Below, piece by piece: positions 21,668 to 32,701 of a DNA stretch of 64,000 nucleotides. Both the position numbers and the translations under genes were made by a program. Origin of the DNA: Pseudomonadota bacterium (GTDB taxonomy: Bacteria; Pseudomonadota; Gammaproteobacteria; Burkholderiales; Burkholderiaceae_A); contig JBJOHF010000078.1 in assembly GCA_046047855.1 (NCBI GenBank), positions 1,723 through 65,722 on the forward strand. The letters run 5' to 3'. Numbering within the stretch: the stretch's first letter is position 1; each line of letters begins with the position of its first letter. The notes beneath the pieces were generated by a model that saw nothing but the letters and a program-made list of their open reading frames with translations, had not been told where the DNA came from and searched no databases.

Positions 21668-22432
21668 GTGCTCGCCAAACGCATCATCCCCTGCCTCGAC
21701 GTGAATGCTGGTCGCGTGGTGAAGGGCACTAACTTTGTCGATTTGCGCGATGCGGGCGACCCTGTGGAAGTGGCCAAGCGCTACGACCTCCAAGGCGCAG
21801 ACGAGCTTACTTTTCTTGACATCACGGCCTCTTCTGATCAGCGGGATCTCATTCTGCCGATGATCGAGGCTGTCGCGAATCAGGTCTTTATTCCGCTGAC
21901 CGTCGGCGGGGGCGTGCGTCGAGTGGAGGACGTCTCCCGCTTGCTCAATGCCGGCGCAGACAAGGCCAGCATGAATACGGCTGCCATCTCCGAACCCTCA
22001 CTTATCTCTCAGGCTGCGGCGAAGTTTGGCAGCCAGTGCATTGTGATTGCAATCGATGCCAAGCGTCGCCCCCACGCAGACGGCTGGGAGGTGTTTACGC
22101 ATGGCGGCAGAAATGCAACGGGTCGAGACGCGGTGGAGTGGGCTCGCGAAGTGACAGACCGCGGTGCGGGAGAGATCTTGCTCACCAGCATGGATCGAGA
22201 CGGCACGGGCTTGGGATTCGATCTCGAGCTCACCGCGGCCATCTCTGATGCGGTCTCTGTGCCGGTTATTGCGTCTGGTGGTGTGGGGAGCCTAGAGCAT
22301 CTGCGTGAAGGGGTGGTCGAGGGCCGAGCGGATGCTGTCCTGGCAGCGAGCATCTTCCATTTCGGCCAGCACACGGTGGGCGAAGCAAAGTCCTACCTCC
22401 AGGCAAGGGGCGTCTGTGTCCGACTGGATTGA
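21668..22432 (+). CDS. hisF: IGP synthase cyclase subunit
   Basis: [29 protein letters not shown]. Confidence 0.97.
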   Translation: MLAKRIIPCLDVNAGRVVKGTNFVDLRDAGDPVEVAKRYDLQGADELTFLDITASSDQRDLILPMIEAVANQVFIPLTVGGGVRRVEDVSRLLNAGADKASMNTAAISEPSLISQAAAKFGSQCIVIAIDAKRRPHADGWEVFTHGGRNATGRDAVEWAREVTDRGAGEILLTSMDRDGTGLGFDLELTAAISDAVSVPVIASGGVGSLEHLREGVVEGRADAVLAASIFHFGQHTVGEAKSYLQARGVCVRLD

Positions 22433-22802
22433 CCAGGTTCGGTTCGACGCCAACGGCCTCGTGACCGCCATCGCCCAGGATCATGCGACGGGTCGGGTGC
22501 TCATGGTGGCCTACATGACGCAGGAAGCACTGCGAGAGACGGTATCAACGGGTCGAGCAGTATATTTCTCGCGTTCGAGAAATCAGCTCTGGCGCAAGGG
22601 CGAGTCCTCCGGGCATGTGCAGGTTGTCAAAGAAATTCGGCTTGACTGCGATGGTGATGTGATCTTGTTGCAGGTTGAACAGGGTGGCGGCATGGCTTGT
22701 CATACTGGACGTGCATCATGCTTTTATTCCGTCTTGCAACAAGGCCAGTGGGTCGTGGTCGACCCGGTGATCAAAGACCCTGAACTGATTTATGGAAAAT
22801 AG
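22416..22802 (+). CDS. hisI: Phosphoribosyl-AMP cyclohydrolase
   Basis: [26 protein letters not shown]; GTG start 22416. Confidence 0.95.
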   Translation: MSDWIDQVRFDANGLVTAIAQDHATGRVLMVAYMTQEALRETVSTGRAVYFSRSRNQLWRKGESSGHVQVVKEIRLDCDGDVILLQVEQGGGMACHTGRASCFYSVLQQGQWVVVDPVIKDPELIYGK

Positions 22803-23136
22803 CCCGGACACCATCCTCTCGCGTCTTGCAGATGTCGTCTCTGCCCGTCGGACATCAGACCCAGAGACGAGCTATGTGGCCCGCCTTTTGGCCAAGGCAC
22901 CCGATGCCGTGCTCAAGAAGATCGGTGAGGAGGCCACCGAATTGGTCATGGCCGCCAAAGATGGCGCCCCTGATCGCGTGGTCTCAGAAATGGCCGACCT
23001 CTGGTTCCATTGCCTCGTTGCGTTAGAGCAATATGGCCTTCGGCCTGAAGCAGTCTTAAACGAGCTTCAGAGACGAGAGGGGTTGTCTGGACTCGACGAA
23101 AAAGCGGCTAGACGTGCCAAGGAGAGGGGAGCATGA
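22792..23136 (+). CDS. hisE: Phosphoribosyl-ATP pyrophosphatase
   Basis: [17 protein letters not shown]. Confidence 0.96.
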   Translation: MENSPDTILSRLADVVSARRTSDPETSYVARLLAKAPDAVLKKIGEEATELVMAAKDGAPDRVVSEMADLWFHCLVALEQYGLRPEAVLNELQRREGLSGLDEKAARRAKERGA

Positions 23137-23477
23137 ACTGTATTTTCTGCAAGATTGCTGCTGGAGAAATCCCTGCGACCCGGGTCTACGAAGACGAAGA
23201 CATCATCGCCTTTAAGGACATCCATCCGAAAGCACCCCTGCACCTGCTCTTGATCCCGCGCGAACATGTCTCGTCCATGGCAGATCTACAACCTGAGCAC
23301 GCGGCAGTGATGGGCAGAATGATGGTCTTGGCCCAAACCTTAGCCCGGGAGCACGGATCGCCGGATGGTTTTCGCGTGGTCATCAATACGGGTCGGGTGG
23401 GTCGGCAGGAGGTGTATCATCTGCATGCTCACTTGTTGGGCGGCCCTGAGCCGCTCGGGTCAGCTGCGTCGTTTTAG
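23133..23477 (+). CDS. Histidine triad (HINT) protein
   Basis: CIFCKI and HLHAH triad. Confidence 0.94.
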   Translation: MNCIFCKIAAGEIPATRVYEDEDIIAFKDIHPKAPLHLLLIPREHVSSMADLQPEHAAVMGRMMVLAQTLAREHGSPDGFRVVINTGRVGRQEVYHLHAHLLGGPEPLGSAASF

Positions 23478-23524
23478 CGGCAAGAGCCTCTCTTTCTCTT
23501 CACCCCTTTCAGCGGAGCATTGGC

Positions 23525-23770
23525 ATGGGTTCGTTCAGCATTTGGCACTGGTTGGTCGTTCTGGTCATCATCCTCTTGGTCTTTGGCACCAAGAAACTTC
23601 GCAATCTTGGTTCGGATCTGGGCGGCGCTGTCAAAGGCTTCAAAGACGGCATGAAGGAGGCCTCGGCAGACGACAAGAATCCGTCCGCGGACGCCACGCC
23701 CCCCAAAGTCGAAACCCAGACCATCGACGTACAGGCTCGGGACAAGACTCACCAAGATTCCAGCCGTTAG
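23525..23770 (+). CDS. tatA: Tat translocase subunit A
   Basis: MGSFSIWHW...[14 protein letters not shown]. Confidence 0.96.
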   Translation: MGSFSIWHWLVVLVIILLVFGTKKLRNLGSDLGGAVKGFKDGMKEASADDKNPSADATPPKVETQTIDVQARDKTHQDSSR

Positions 23771-23809
23771 CACTGAGGCTGGCTTCGAGCCTAATCGGGG
23801 CATGTCCTG

Positions 23810-24265
23810 ATGCTAGATATTGGGTTCTCTGAACTGCTTCTTATTGCCGCGGTTGCCCTGGTGGTGGTTGGGCCGCAGCGACTCCCCGTGCTGACACGCA
23901 CCGTTGGCGCGCTGCTCGGCCGCGCGCAACGCTATGTCAGTGATGTGAAGTCTGATATCCAGCGCCAGATGGATCTTGAAGAACTCCGCAAGATGAAGCA
24001 GGGCGTAGAGGACCTGGGACAGAACATCCAGTCGTCCATGAACGATGCTCAGCGAGAAATGGACGGCATCAGCTCAGAGCTCGAACAAAGTCTCTCGGGC
24101 GAGAGCAATGACGCCTTCGACTCCAGCCTTGGCCGTCGCTTTGGTCAATACATCCAGGCGCCTGAGCGGTCCTGGACGCAAGAGCGAGAAGACGAGCGTG
24201 TTGTTGACAAGGTCAAGACCCGCATGCGCAAGCGTTATCTGAGGAAGAAGCCCCGATATGAGTGA
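23810..24265 (+). CDS. tatB: Tat translocase subunit B
   Basis: DIGFSELL...VGPQRLP. Confidence 0.95.
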   Translation: MLDIGFSELLLIAAVALVVVGPQRLPVLTRTVGALLGRAQRYVSDVKSDIQRQMDLEELRKMKQGVEDLGQNIQSSMNDAQREMDGISSELEQSLSGESNDAFDSSLGRRFGQYIQAPERSWTQEREDERVVDKVKTRMRKRYLRKKPRYE

Positions 24266-25031
24266 CGCCAAACCCGAGAGCCAGGCCTCTACAGAGGAGG
24301 GCTTTATGTCCCACCTGGTCGAACTTCGCGACCGACTGGTACGCGCGGTGGGCGCGGTTTTATTGGTATTTGTCGTGTTGGTGTATTGGGCGCCCGATAT
24401 TTACTCGATCTTTGCCGACCCGCTCATCAAGGCCCTGCCCAAGGGTTCAAGCATGATTGCGACAGACGTGACGGCGCCGTTCTTCGTGCCCATGAAGATC
24501 ACCATGCTTGTTGCCTTCGTGGTCGCGCTACCCTACGTGCTTTACCAGGCATGGGCCTTTGTGGCGCCTGGCCTCTATCAGCATGAGAAGCGCCTCGCGT
24601 TCCCCATCGTTGCTTCCAGTTTCATCCTATTCCTGGTTGGAATGGCGTTTGCGTACTTCTTTGTGTTTCCCGCAGTCTTTGGATTTGTTGCTGCATACAC
24701 GCCGCAGGGCGTTCAAATGGCGACAGACATCGACAAATACCTCAGCTTTGCGCTCAGCCTTTTTCTGGTCTTCGGCCTTTCTTTTGAGACGCCAGTTGTT
24801 CAGATGGTGCTTGTTCGATTTGGTGTGGTGTCCCTTCAGAAAATGAAGGACTTTCGGTCTTATTTCATTGTGATTGCCTTCGTTATTGCAGCCATCGTGA
24901 CGCCACCCGACGTCATCTCCCAACTCATGCTCGCAATCCCGCTCTGCCTGCTTTATCAGCTCGGAATCTACCTCGCCGGCTGGATCACTCCCGAGACGCG
25001 GGCAGACTCGGCTGAGGCCTCTGCCGAATAG
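24258..25031 (+). CDS. tatC: Tat translocase subunit C
   Basis: HLVELR.RL, FVAPGLY..EK, TPPD..SQ. Confidence 0.97.
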   Translation: MSDAKPESQASTEEGFMSHLVELRDRLVRAVGAVLLVFVVLVYWAPDIYSIFADPLIKALPKGSSMIATDVTAPFFVPMKITMLVAFVVALPYVLYQAWAFVAPGLYQHEKRLAFPIVASSFILFLVGMAFAYFFVFPAVFGFVAAYTPQGVQMATDIDKYLSFALSLFLVFGLSFETPVVQMVLVRFGVVSLQKMKDFRSYFIVIAFVIAAIVTPPDVISQLMLAIPLCLLYQLGIYLAGWITPETRADSAEASAE

Positions 25032-26172
25032 AAAGGCTCACAGTCTGTTGCTTTCCCTCACGAAAGAATGTGAGAGAAGCGTTTTTTCCAGGCTCTAGTG
25101 CTGCGATGCGCTGAATCAATTCGTTGGAGTTTCGAACGGGCTTGTCGTTGACCGCAATGAGCACATCCCCAACGCGTATCCCTGCTCGCTCGGCGGCGCC
25201 GCCGCGCTCGAGGCCCGCAACAATGCTTCCTTCCGCCTTTGGTAGCTTGAGGCCCTCCGCAATCGCTGCATTCACATCCTGAGGCTCAACGCCAATAAAC
25301 CCGCGCGAGACTCGGCCATCTTTCACAATGTCTTGTAATACCTTGCGGGCGAGGTCGGCCGAGATGGCAAAGCCAATGCCCATATTCCCGCCATCTCGGG
25401 AGTAGATCGCTGTATTGATCCCGACCAGACGGCCTTGTGTATCGACTAAAGCGCCTCCGGAATTGCCAGGGTTAATGGCCGCGTCTGTCTGGATGAAGTC
25501 TTCGAACAACGTCAGGTTGAGCTGGTCTCGGCCCAGCGCGCTCACAATGCCTTGGGTGACCGTGAGCCCCACGCCGAAGGGATTACCAATAGCCAGAACT
25601 GCGTCCCCCACGCGGAGCGTCGATGGAGACCCAAACTCGACTGCGGGCAATCCATCGAGCTTCACTTTCAGAACGGCCAGATCGCTCTCAGGGTCTGTCC
25701 CAATGATGCGGGCTGCTGCGCGACGACCATCCGCCAGAGCCACCTCAATCTGATCCGCACCCTCGATGACGTGGTGATTGGTGAGAATCAGACCCTCGGC
25801 ACTGACGATGACCCCTGAGCCAAGGCCAGTCTGCTCTGGCCCTTGCCGTCGAGGGGGAAAAGCATCCCCGAAGAACCTGCGGAATAAGGGGTCATCCAAA
25901 AATGGGTGAGATGGGCCCTTGCGCGTCTGGGCCGCGAAAATATAGACCACCGAGGGCATGGCCTTTGCTGCCGCGTCCCCGTAGCCCGAGGAGTCCCGTG
26001 CTGTCGGGGATTGGAGAATGCCCAGGGGATCGCTCGGAAGCGCCTGGCCAGGTGATGCGGCTCGACCCGACAACTCTTGAAGCCAATGCGGCTTGAGTGT
26101 GCTCAGCACAAACAGAACGGCGAGAGCCACGGTGGTCGCTTGCGCAAACAAGAGCCAAATTCGACGGATCAT
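24985..26172 (-). CDS. HtrA/DegQ-DegS family serine protease with one PDZ
   Basis: TNHHV, DLAV, IQTDAAINPGNSGG, C-terminal PDZ. Confidence 0.95.
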   Translation of the reverse strand: MIRRIWLLFAQATTVALAVLFVLSTLKPHWLQELSGRAASPGQALPSDPLGILQSPTARDSSGYGDAAAKAMPSVVYIFAAQTRKGPSHPFLDDPLFRRFFGDAFPPRRQGPEQTGLGSGVIVSAEGLILTNHHVIEGADQIEVALADGRRAAARIIGTDPESDLAVLKVKLDGLPAVEFGSPSTLRVGDAVLAIGNPFGVGLTVTQGIVSALGRDQLNLTLFEDFIQTDAAINPGNSGGALVDTQGRLVGINTAIYSRDGGNMGIGFAISADLARKVLQDIVKDGRVSRGFIGVEPQDVNAAIAEGLKLPKAEGSIVAGLERGGAAERAGIRVGDVLIAVNDKPVRNSNELIQRIAALEPGKNASLTFFREGKQQTVSLSIRQRPQPSLPASRE

Positions 26173-26344
26173 GGACGGATTATCTCTGGAATGGGGCAAT
26201 TGAGTGGGCTACAATCCACTGGTTATACAAAACAACATCTCCTACCGCAAAGCAACAAAGCCGGAGCGCGCTATGTCTACCGTACAACCCAAAGGTCCTA
26301 TGCTTGGGCTGAAGTCTGAAATCACCGAGGGTGAATCCTTCTCG

Positions 26345-26944
26345 ATGCCAAAGGGTGCAGAGCCTTCACGGCGCACCTGGATGATCACCTGCGGTGCTGC
26401 GGGCGGAGTCGCCGCTGCGGCGGTGGCCGTTCCCTTTGTTTCCTCCATGGCCCCCTCCGAAAAGGCCCGCTCCGCTGGGGCCCCTGTTGAGGTGGACATT
26501 GGCGATCTGGCCCCGGGCGGCGTAAAGATTGTGGAGTGGCGTGGAAAGCCGGTCTGGGTGGTTCGCCGAACTCCCGAAATGCTCGAGAGCCTCAAGGGCG
26601 TCGAGGCGCAGCTTGCAGATCCGGGCTCTGACCGCAAGGACATTCCTGTTCCCGAGTACGCCAAGAACCAGCACCGCTCCATCAAGCCGGAGTACCTCGT
26701 GACGGTTGGCATCTGTACCCACCTCGGCTGCTCGCCTGTGAGCAAGTTCGCTGCAGGCGGGGCCGATGGCATGACCGCTGACTGGACAGGGGGCTTCTTC
26801 TGCCCATGTCACGGGTCTACTTTCGACATGGCTGGGCGTGTGTTTGCGAACAAGCCGGCGCCTGACAACCTTGAGGTGCCCCGCCACATGTACCTCTCCG
26901 ATACGAAGCTCGTAATCGGCCGCGACGAGAAGGGCGAGGCGTAA
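26345..26944 (+). CDS. petA: Rieske Fe-S subunit of bc1 complex
   Basis: Twin-Arg SRRTW, CTHLGC, CPCHGS; start chosen after GAGGGTG SD (longer starts possible). Confidence 0.96.
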   Translation: MPKGAEPSRRTWMITCGAAGGVAAAAVAVPFVSSMAPSEKARSAGAPVEVDIGDLAPGGVKIVEWRGKPVWVVRRTPEMLESLKGVEAQLADPGSDRKDIPVPEYAKNQHRSIKPEYLVTVGICTHLGCSPVSKFAAGGADGMTADWTGGFFCPCHGSTFDMAGRVFANKPAPDNLEVPRHMYLSDTKLVIGRDEKGEA

Positions 26945-26982
26945 AGCCTTCCCGAGAACCCCGACATTCGAGGAGCATAAAC

Positions 26983-28383
26983 ATGGCAGCAGAGAAAGTC
27001 GTTCAAGCCTCAGGCATTGTGGGCTGGGTTGACCGTAGATTTCCCCTCATTTCGCTCTACAAGGGACATCTATCCGAGTATTACGCCCCAAAGAATTTCA
27101 ATTTCTTTTATTTCTTTGGCAGTCTGGCCATGCTGGTATTGGTGCTCCAGATCGTCACGGGCATTTTTCTGGTCATGCACTACAAGCCGGACGCCTCTCT
27201 GAACGCGGCCGGAATCCCGGTCGCGTTTGCAAGTGTCGAATACATCATGCGAGAGGTCCCATTCGGCTGGGTCATTCGCTATATGCACTCCACCGGTGCT
27301 TCGGCATTCTTCGTCGTGGTCTTTCTGCACATGTTCCGCGGGCTGATCTATGGCTCTTATCGCGAGCCGCGTGAACTCATTTGGATCTTCGGCTGCCTTA
27401 TTTTCCTCTGCCTGATGGCTGAGGCGTTCTTTGGTTACCTCCTCCCTTGGGGACAGATGTCGTTCTGGGGCGCTCAGGTGATCGTGAACCTCTTTGCTGC
27501 AGTTCCGCTGATTGGTCCCGACCTGGCTGTCTGGATCCGCGGTGACTTTGTGGTCGGAGATGCAACCCTGAACCGATTCTTCGCCTTCCACGTCATTGCA
27601 ATTCCGCTGGTGTTGCTTGGACTCGTTGCGGCTCACATCATTGCGCTGCACGAGGTGGGTTCAAATAACCCTGATGGTGTCGAGATCAAAGCCAAGAAGG
27701 ACAGCAATGGCATCCCGCTCGACGGCATTCCTTTCCACCCCTACTACACCGTTCACGATGTGGTGGGTATTGCGGGCTTCGCGCTGATCTTCTTCGCGGT
27801 GGTCTTTTTTATGCCTGAGGGTGGCGGTTACTTCTTGGAGTTCAATAACTTCATCCCAGCTGATCCGCTTGTAACGCCTTCGCACATCGCGCCAGTCTGG
27901 TACTTCACCCCCTACTACTCCATGCTGCGGGCCACGACCGACGTCTTTACCTGGGTGATGGTGGCCGCAGCTGCCCTTGCTGCAGGATATTTCTGGGTGA
28001 AACAGCAAGGTTTGTTGAAGGTTGGTGGTGCCGTTGCCATGATTGTTCTGGCCGTTGCTTTCCGTGTGTTCGATGCCAAGTTCTGGGGGGTTGTGGTCAT
28101 GGGCGGCGCCGTGATCATCATGTTCTTCCTGCCCTGGCTTGATAAGTCTCCGGTGAAGTCTATTCGGCAGCGTCCAGGCTGGCAGAAGTGGCTTTACGGC
28201 ATCTTCGTGGTGAACTTCTTCGTCTTGGGCTATTTGGGCGTCATGCCCCCCACCACGGCCGGCACAATCGTGTCTCAAGTTGGAACCGTCTTCTACTTCG
28301 GGTTCTTCCTGTTAATGCCTGTCTGGACTCGCATGGGTGAATACAAGCCAGTGCCCGAGCGCGTGAGCTTTCAGGCGCACTGA
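26983..28383 (+). CDS. petB: Cytochrome b
   Basis: RYMHSTGAS, LPWGQMSFWGA, HIAPVWYF (PEWY-equivalent PVWY). Confidence 0.98.
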   Translation: MAAEKVVQASGIVGWVDRRFPLISLYKGHLSEYYAPKNFNFFYFFGSLAMLVLVLQIVTGIFLVMHYKPDASLNAAGIPVAFASVEYIMREVPFGWVIRYMHSTGASAFFVVVFLHMFRGLIYGSYREPRELIWIFGCLIFLCLMAEAFFGYLLPWGQMSFWGAQVIVNLFAAVPLIGPDLAVWIRGDFVVGDATLNRFFAFHVIAIPLVLLGLVAAHIIALHEVGSNNPDGVEIKAKKDSNGIPLDGIPFHPYYTVHDVVGIAGFALIFFAVVFFMPEGGGYFLEFNNFIPADPLVTPSHIAPVWYFTPYYSMLRATTDVFTWVMVAAAALAAGYFWVKQQGLLKVGGAVAMIVLAVAFRVFDAKFWGVVVMGGAVIIMFFLPWLDKSPVKSIRQRPGWQKWLYGIFVVNFFVLGYLGVMPPTTAGTIVSQVGTVFYFGFFLLMPVWTRMGEYKPVPERVSFQAH

Positions 28384-28391
28384 CAACCCAC

Positions 28392-29213
28392 ATGAACAAG
28401 AGAGCATCTATGAAATCCTCCATGTCCAAAATTTCGATTGAGGCCCTCGTGCGCGGCGGCACTCGCGTGCTGGCGGCAGCGGGTTTTGCATTGCTTGGAT
28501 CTGTAGCGATCGCTGCTGGCGGTGCGGTAAAGCTCGACACCTTCCCCACATCGAAGCTCACCGACCAAGCAGCGCTCCAGAACGGCGCCAAGCTGTTCAT
28601 GAACTACTGCCTGGGCTGTCATGGCATTTCTCAAGTGCGCTACAACAAGCTGCGTGAGCTGGGCCTCAATGAGGAACAGATCAAATCCAACCTCATCCTG
28701 ACATCGGCGAAGTTTGGCGACCCCATCATGACGACGCTAAACCTCAAGGATGCCGCTCAATGGTTTGGTAAGGCACCCCCAGACCTGTCGCTCACGGCCC
28801 GCTCGCGGTCGAGCCACTCCGGCACCGGCGCGGACTGGATCTACACCTACCTGCGCAGCTACTACCTAGATCCGTCCCGCCCGACGGGTTGGAACAACCT
28901 GACCTATCCTGCCGTGGGCATGCCGCATGTTCTGTGGGAGCTTCAGGGGCAGAACGAAGCCGTCTTCAAGACCGTAAAGGACCACGGTCAAGATGTTCAG
29001 GTCTTCGATAAGTTTGTGCAGACAAGCAAGGGAACGCTCTCTACGGCCGACTACGACAGTACGGTTGCCGACCTCACGGCATTTCTCGCTTGGGTTGCAG
29101 AACCCTCTGCCATGGCGCGAAAGCAAATTGGCGTCTGGGTTCTGTTGTTCCTCGCGGTGTTCTTCTTGTTCGCCTGGCGCCTGAATGCGGCTTACTGGAA
29201 AGATATTAAGTAG
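28392..29213 (+). CDS. petC: Cytochrome c1
   Basis: CLGCH, PPDLSL, VGMP, C-terminal TM. Confidence 0.96.
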   Translation: MNKRASMKSSMSKISIEALVRGGTRVLAAAGFALLGSVAIAAGGAVKLDTFPTSKLTDQAALQNGAKLFMNYCLGCHGISQVRYNKLRELGLNEEQIKSNLILTSAKFGDPIMTTLNLKDAAQWFGKAPPDLSLTARSRSSHSGTGADWIYTYLRSYYLDPSRPTGWNNLTYPAVGMPHVLWELQGQNEAVFKTVKDHGQDVQVFDKFVQTSKGTLSTADYDSTVADLTAFLAWVAEPSAMARKQIGVWVLLFLAVFFLFAWRLNAAYWKDIK

Positions 29214-29242
29214 CGCAGGGTCTTTGTAGGTTCAGTCACACA

Positions 29243-29276
29243 GTGGGGCGGGCCTTGAGCCTGCCCCGCGCTTTTT
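29243..29276 (+). terminator. Probable intrinsic terminator after petABC
   Basis: GTGGGGCGGGC-CTTGA-GCCTGCCCCGC stem-loop followed by GCTTTTT. Confidence 0.6.
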
Positions 29277-29291
29277 GGGAGTTTGTCAAAC

Positions 29292-29891
29292 ATGATGGTT
29301 CTTTACTCGGGTACAACATGCCCATTTAGTCAGCGCTGCCGGTTTGTGCTTTTCGAAAAAGGCATGGACTTTGAGATCCGCGACGTCGACCTCTTTAACA
29401 AGCCAGAAGACATCTCCGTTATGAACCCGTATGGGCAGGTGCCTATTCTGGTTGAGCGAGATCTGATTCTGTATGAGTCGAACATCATCAACGAGTACAT
29501 TGATGAGCGATTCCCCCACCCCCAGCTCATGCCCGCAGACCCAGTCCAGCGTGCACGCGCACGTCTGCTGCTTCTGAACTTCGAGCGCGAAGTCTTCATC
29601 CACCTCGATGCGATCGAGAAACAAGATGCCAAGCGGATAGACCGTGCTCGCGCAATCATTCGAGACCGTCTCTCTCAACTCTCCCCGGTGGTGACCAAGT
29701 CCAAATTCATGATGGGCGAGGACTTCACCATGATTGATGTGGCTCTGGCGCCACTGCTTTGGCGTTTGGACCATTACGGAATTGAGCTTCCCAAAACGGC
29801 CGCGCCAGTGCTGAAGTATGCCGAGCGCATCTTTGCACGGCCTGCCTTCTTTGAGGCCCTCACCCCGTCTGAAAAGGTCATGCGGCGTTGA
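29292..29891 (+). CDS. sspA: Stringent starvation protein A
   Basis: MMVLYSGTTCPFS, NPYGQVP, EYIDERFPHP. Confidence 0.95.
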   Translation: MMVLYSGTTCPFSQRCRFVLFEKGMDFEIRDVDLFNKPEDISVMNPYGQVPILVERDLILYESNIINEYIDERFPHPQLMPADPVQRARARLLLLNFEREVFIHLDAIEKQDAKRIDRARAIIRDRLSQLSPVVTKSKFMMGEDFTMIDVALAPLLWRLDHYGIELPKTAAPVLKYAERIFARPAFFEALTPSEKVMRR

Positions 29892-30313
29892 CCGAACCTG
29901 CTTCGACCAAGCCTTATCTCGTCCGCGCCATTTATGAATGGTGCACAGATAATGGATACACCCCGTATGTCGCGGTGGTGGTCGATGAGCACACCCGGGT
30001 CCCCGTGGCTCACGTGAGGAGTGGCGAGATCGTGCTCAATATCAGCGCCCTCGCAACCCACCGGCTTCAAATGACCAATTCCGAGCTCACGTTTACTGCG
30101 CGTTTCTCCGGTGTGGCTGAGGACCTCTGGGTGCCCATGACCCAGATTGCCGCCATCTATGCCAAGGAGACTGGACACGGGATGGCCTTTGAGGTCCCAA
30201 AGCCACTTGCAATTCAAGAGTCGTCGCCTGAACCGCCTGATGATGACCCAAGCAGTCCTCTAGACCCGGGTCCCGCTTCGAAAGGTCGCCCCGCACTTAG
30301 ACGCGTGAAATAA
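29888..30313 (+). CDS. sspB: ClpXP adaptor SspB
   Basis: KPYLVRAIYEWC.DN..TP, C-terminal LRRVK. Confidence 0.95.
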   Translation: MTEPASTKPYLVRAIYEWCTDNGYTPYVAVVVDEHTRVPVAHVRSGEIVLNISALATHRLQMTNSELTFTARFSGVAEDLWVPMTQIAAIYAKETGHGMAFEVPKPLAIQESSPEPPDDDPSSPLDPGPASKGRPALRRVK

Positions 30314-30335
30314 GCGACAATGTGCGTATGAGCAC

Positions 30336-30411
30336 GCCGACTTAGCTCAGTTGGTAGAGCAACCGCCTTGTAAGCGGTAGGTCATCTGTTCGAGTCAGAT
30401 AGTCGGCACCA
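30336..30411 (+). tRNA. tRNA-Thr (TGT)
   Basis: GCCGACT/AGTCGGC acceptor stem, anticodon stem ACCGC-CTTGTAA-GCGGT, GTTCGA T-loop, encoded CCA; 76 nt. Confidence 0.97.
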
Positions 30412-30418
30412 CTTCCCC

Positions 30419-31531
30419 TTGGAATCTTCCACTCCTTCCCGTCTCCGTCGCTCCCTTGTCGCCGTTGCAACGGGAGCGTGGGCTATTGCAGGGGGGGCAC
30501 TCTTCTCCTGGATTGGCACTCCTCTGCCTTGGCTTCTGGGTAGCCTTGCAGCCGTTTCGGCATTGTCGCTTAGTGGACGTGTGTCTCGGTTACCAGCCTG
30601 GGGGCTCACCATCGGGCAGATCTCGATTGGTGCTGCGCTGGGCCTGTACTTCACTCCAGTGGTCATCCATGCGCTGGGCACGTTACTGGGATGGATGGTC
30701 TTTACTGGCCTGGCGACCTGCCTCTTGAGCATGCTGGGAGCGGTGTACCTTCAGCGAGTGACGGACCTCGACGGTCGAAGCTGCTTTTTTGCTGCAGCGA
30801 TTGGCGCTGCAAGCGACATGGCCGTGCAGGCGGCGCGTGACGGCGCCAGAGCAGATCTTGTTGCGATGTCTCATACCGTTCGGGTGGCCCTGGTGGTCAC
30901 GATTGTCCCGCTCCTCGCCACATTTCTTGCAGCGCATGGTCAGGGCAGCGGCTCTGCACAGGGGACTGTCGAGGCGGTGAGGCTATTACCGTGGCTCGAT
31001 ATGACCTGGGTCTGCGCCTGTGCCGCGGCGGCTGGCTACTTAGGTAAGAGGCTCAGAGTGCCCAATCCTTGGATCATGGGGCCGCTTGCGCTCACCATTG
31101 CAGTAGCCGCACTGATTCCAGAGGCACGCCTTCAACCGAGCGTGGTTGCGGGAGCGCAGGTACTGATTGGGTGGGCCCTTGGGCAACGTTTCAATCGCGC
31201 AATGTTTCGCGACTCCCCTCGGTTCTTGGTCGGGGCAGCAAGCCTCACACTATTGCTGCTTGTGGCTGGGGCGGGGCTTGCCTGGTTGGTGCATTGGGGG
31301 GCCAACCTCCCTTTCGCGAGTGCCTTCATTGCAACTGCCCCTGGTGGGATTGCAGAGATGGCCATTACTGCAAAGGTGCTTGCACTCGACCCGCCAACCG
31401 TGACAGCGTTTCAGGCTGTCCGGCTGGTTTTTATTGTGCTCGGCGTGCGGTTACTGCTGAGTCTCAGCTTGCGTTTGGGCTGGATCCGAGAAGCTGCTGG
31501 AGCTCCCCCGACTCATACATCTCACCCATGA
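30419..31531 (+). CDS. AbrB-family duplicated membrane protein
   Basis: PLPWLLG / PNPWIMGP internal repeat, APGGIAEM; highly hydrophobic. Confidence 0.85.
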   Translation: MESSTPSRLRRSLVAVATGAWAIAGGALFSWIGTPLPWLLGSLAAVSALSLSGRVSRLPAWGLTIGQISIGAALGLYFTPVVIHALGTLLGWMVFTGLATCLLSMLGAVYLQRVTDLDGRSCFFAAAIGAASDMAVQAARDGARADLVAMSHTVRVALVVTIVPLLATFLAAHGQGSGSAQGTVEAVRLLPWLDMTWVCACAAAAGYLGKRLRVPNPWIMGPLALTIAVAALIPEARLQPSVVAGAQVLIGWALGQRFNRAMFRDSPRFLVGAASLTLLLLVAGAGLAWLVHWGANLPFASAFIATAPGGIAEMAITAKVLALDPPTVTAFQAVRLVFIVLGVRLLLSLSLRLGWIREAAGAPPTHTSHP

Positions 31532-31787
31532 TGTCCGAGCCGCCGATGAACTCACCATTGATGTAGAGCTGCGGAATCGTAGGCCAATTGGAGAAGTCTT
31601 TGACCGCTTGGCGCACGCTCTCGTCTTCCAGGACATTGACTGTGGCAACCTGTTGCACGCCGCAGGCCTTGAGGAGCTGAATGGCGCGACCAGAGAAGCC
31701 GCACTGCGGAAACTGGGGCGAGCCTTTCATAAACAAAACAACCGGGTTGTCACTGACCGTCTGTTGAACAAACGCTTTTGCGTCCAT
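31464..31787 (-). CDS. grxD: Monothiol glutaredoxin Grx4
   Basis: FMKG..FPQCGFS, WPTIPQLY, GGSDI. Confidence 0.97.
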   Translation of the reverse strand: MDAKAFVQQTVSDNPVVLFMKGSPQFPQCGFSGRAIQLLKACGVQQVATVNVLEDESVRQAVKDFSNWPTIPQLYINGEFIGGSDIMGEMYESGELQQLLGSSPNAS

Positions 31788-31816
31788 GATGTCCTCTTAA
31801 GATTTGAATGCCATGA

Positions 31817-32701
31817 TCATAAATGAGCCAGGATCGCGCGTGGACGTTCTGCCAAGTCTCTGACACGCGACATCGTGTTGTAGCCGCAAAGATGCATCAA
31901 TTGAGCGACATCGTCCTGCTGGCTCACGCCGTGTTCGACTAGCAAAGCGCCGCCAGGTTCAAGCCAATGCCTCGCTTGGGGCACAATGGATCGATATGCT
32001 GCTAGCCCCCGGTCGTCCTGGCCCCGCCCCACGAGGGCAAGCGTGGGCTCGTACTGCAAGCTCCGTTGGCAAAGGTGCGGATCTGTCGGCGCCAAGTAAG
32101 GTGGGTTAGAGAGGACGAGGTCAAAGGGCCCGTATCCCCCTGGAAGGGCGTCAGTCCAGTCACCCTGGAAAAATGTCACCCGCGCCCCAAGCCAGAGGGC
32201 ATTATTTCTGGCCAGCTCCAAGGCTTTTGGACTGAGGTCCGTCGCAGTGACGTCCACCGAGATACCTAGTCGCATGGCCTCCAGGGCTATCGTAATCGCC
32301 AGGCAACCCGTACCTGTTCCCAGATCCAACACCTGAAGCGGCTCCGCACGCGTGGAGGCCCTGGCCTCCAGGAAAGTGCGTGCAGCATCGATCATGCACT
32401 CGGAGTCAGACCTCGGAATGAGCACCGCAGAATTCACCCAAAATCGTCGGCCATAGAACGCAGTCTGCCCAACAATCTGAGCGATGGGCTGCTCGTCAAT
32501 CAGTGCACGAGCCATACGGGCGACGAGAGCAGCAGCGCCTTCCCCCTCCTCTGAGCGGATCCGCTCCAAGCTGCAGAGGTCTCTGGCTCTGAGCCAGGCC
32601 TCACTCCGGCCTGTCGCTGCGGCGCAGATTGCCCAGCGATCAGCGCGTGCAATCGTCTCCAGCAGCCATGGCTCCATGCGCCGAGCCCTGTCGTCAGCCA
32701 T
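31817..32701 (-). CDS. prmC: Release factor glutamine methyltransferase
   Basis: VLIPR, DLGTGTG, SNPPY; follows prfA. Confidence 0.92.
   Translation of the reverse strand: MADDRARRMEPWLLETIARADRWAICAAATGRSEAWLRARDLCSLERIRSEEGEGAAALVARMARALIDEQPIAQIVGQTAFYGRRFWVNSAVLIPRSDSECMIDAARTFLEARASTRAEPLQVLDLGTGTGCLAITIALEAMRLGISVDVTATDLSPKALELARNNALWLGARVTFFQGDWTDALPGGYGPFDLVLSNPPYLAPTDPHLCQRSLQYEPTLALVGRGQDDRGLAAYRSIVPQARHWLEPGGALLVEHGVSQQDDVAQLMHLCGYNTMSRVRDLAERPRAILAHL

Noticed and set aside
30336-31531. tRNA-Thr as an integration site for an island
   Set aside because: No integrase and no duplicated tRNA 3' end seen; housekeeping genes resume after abrB
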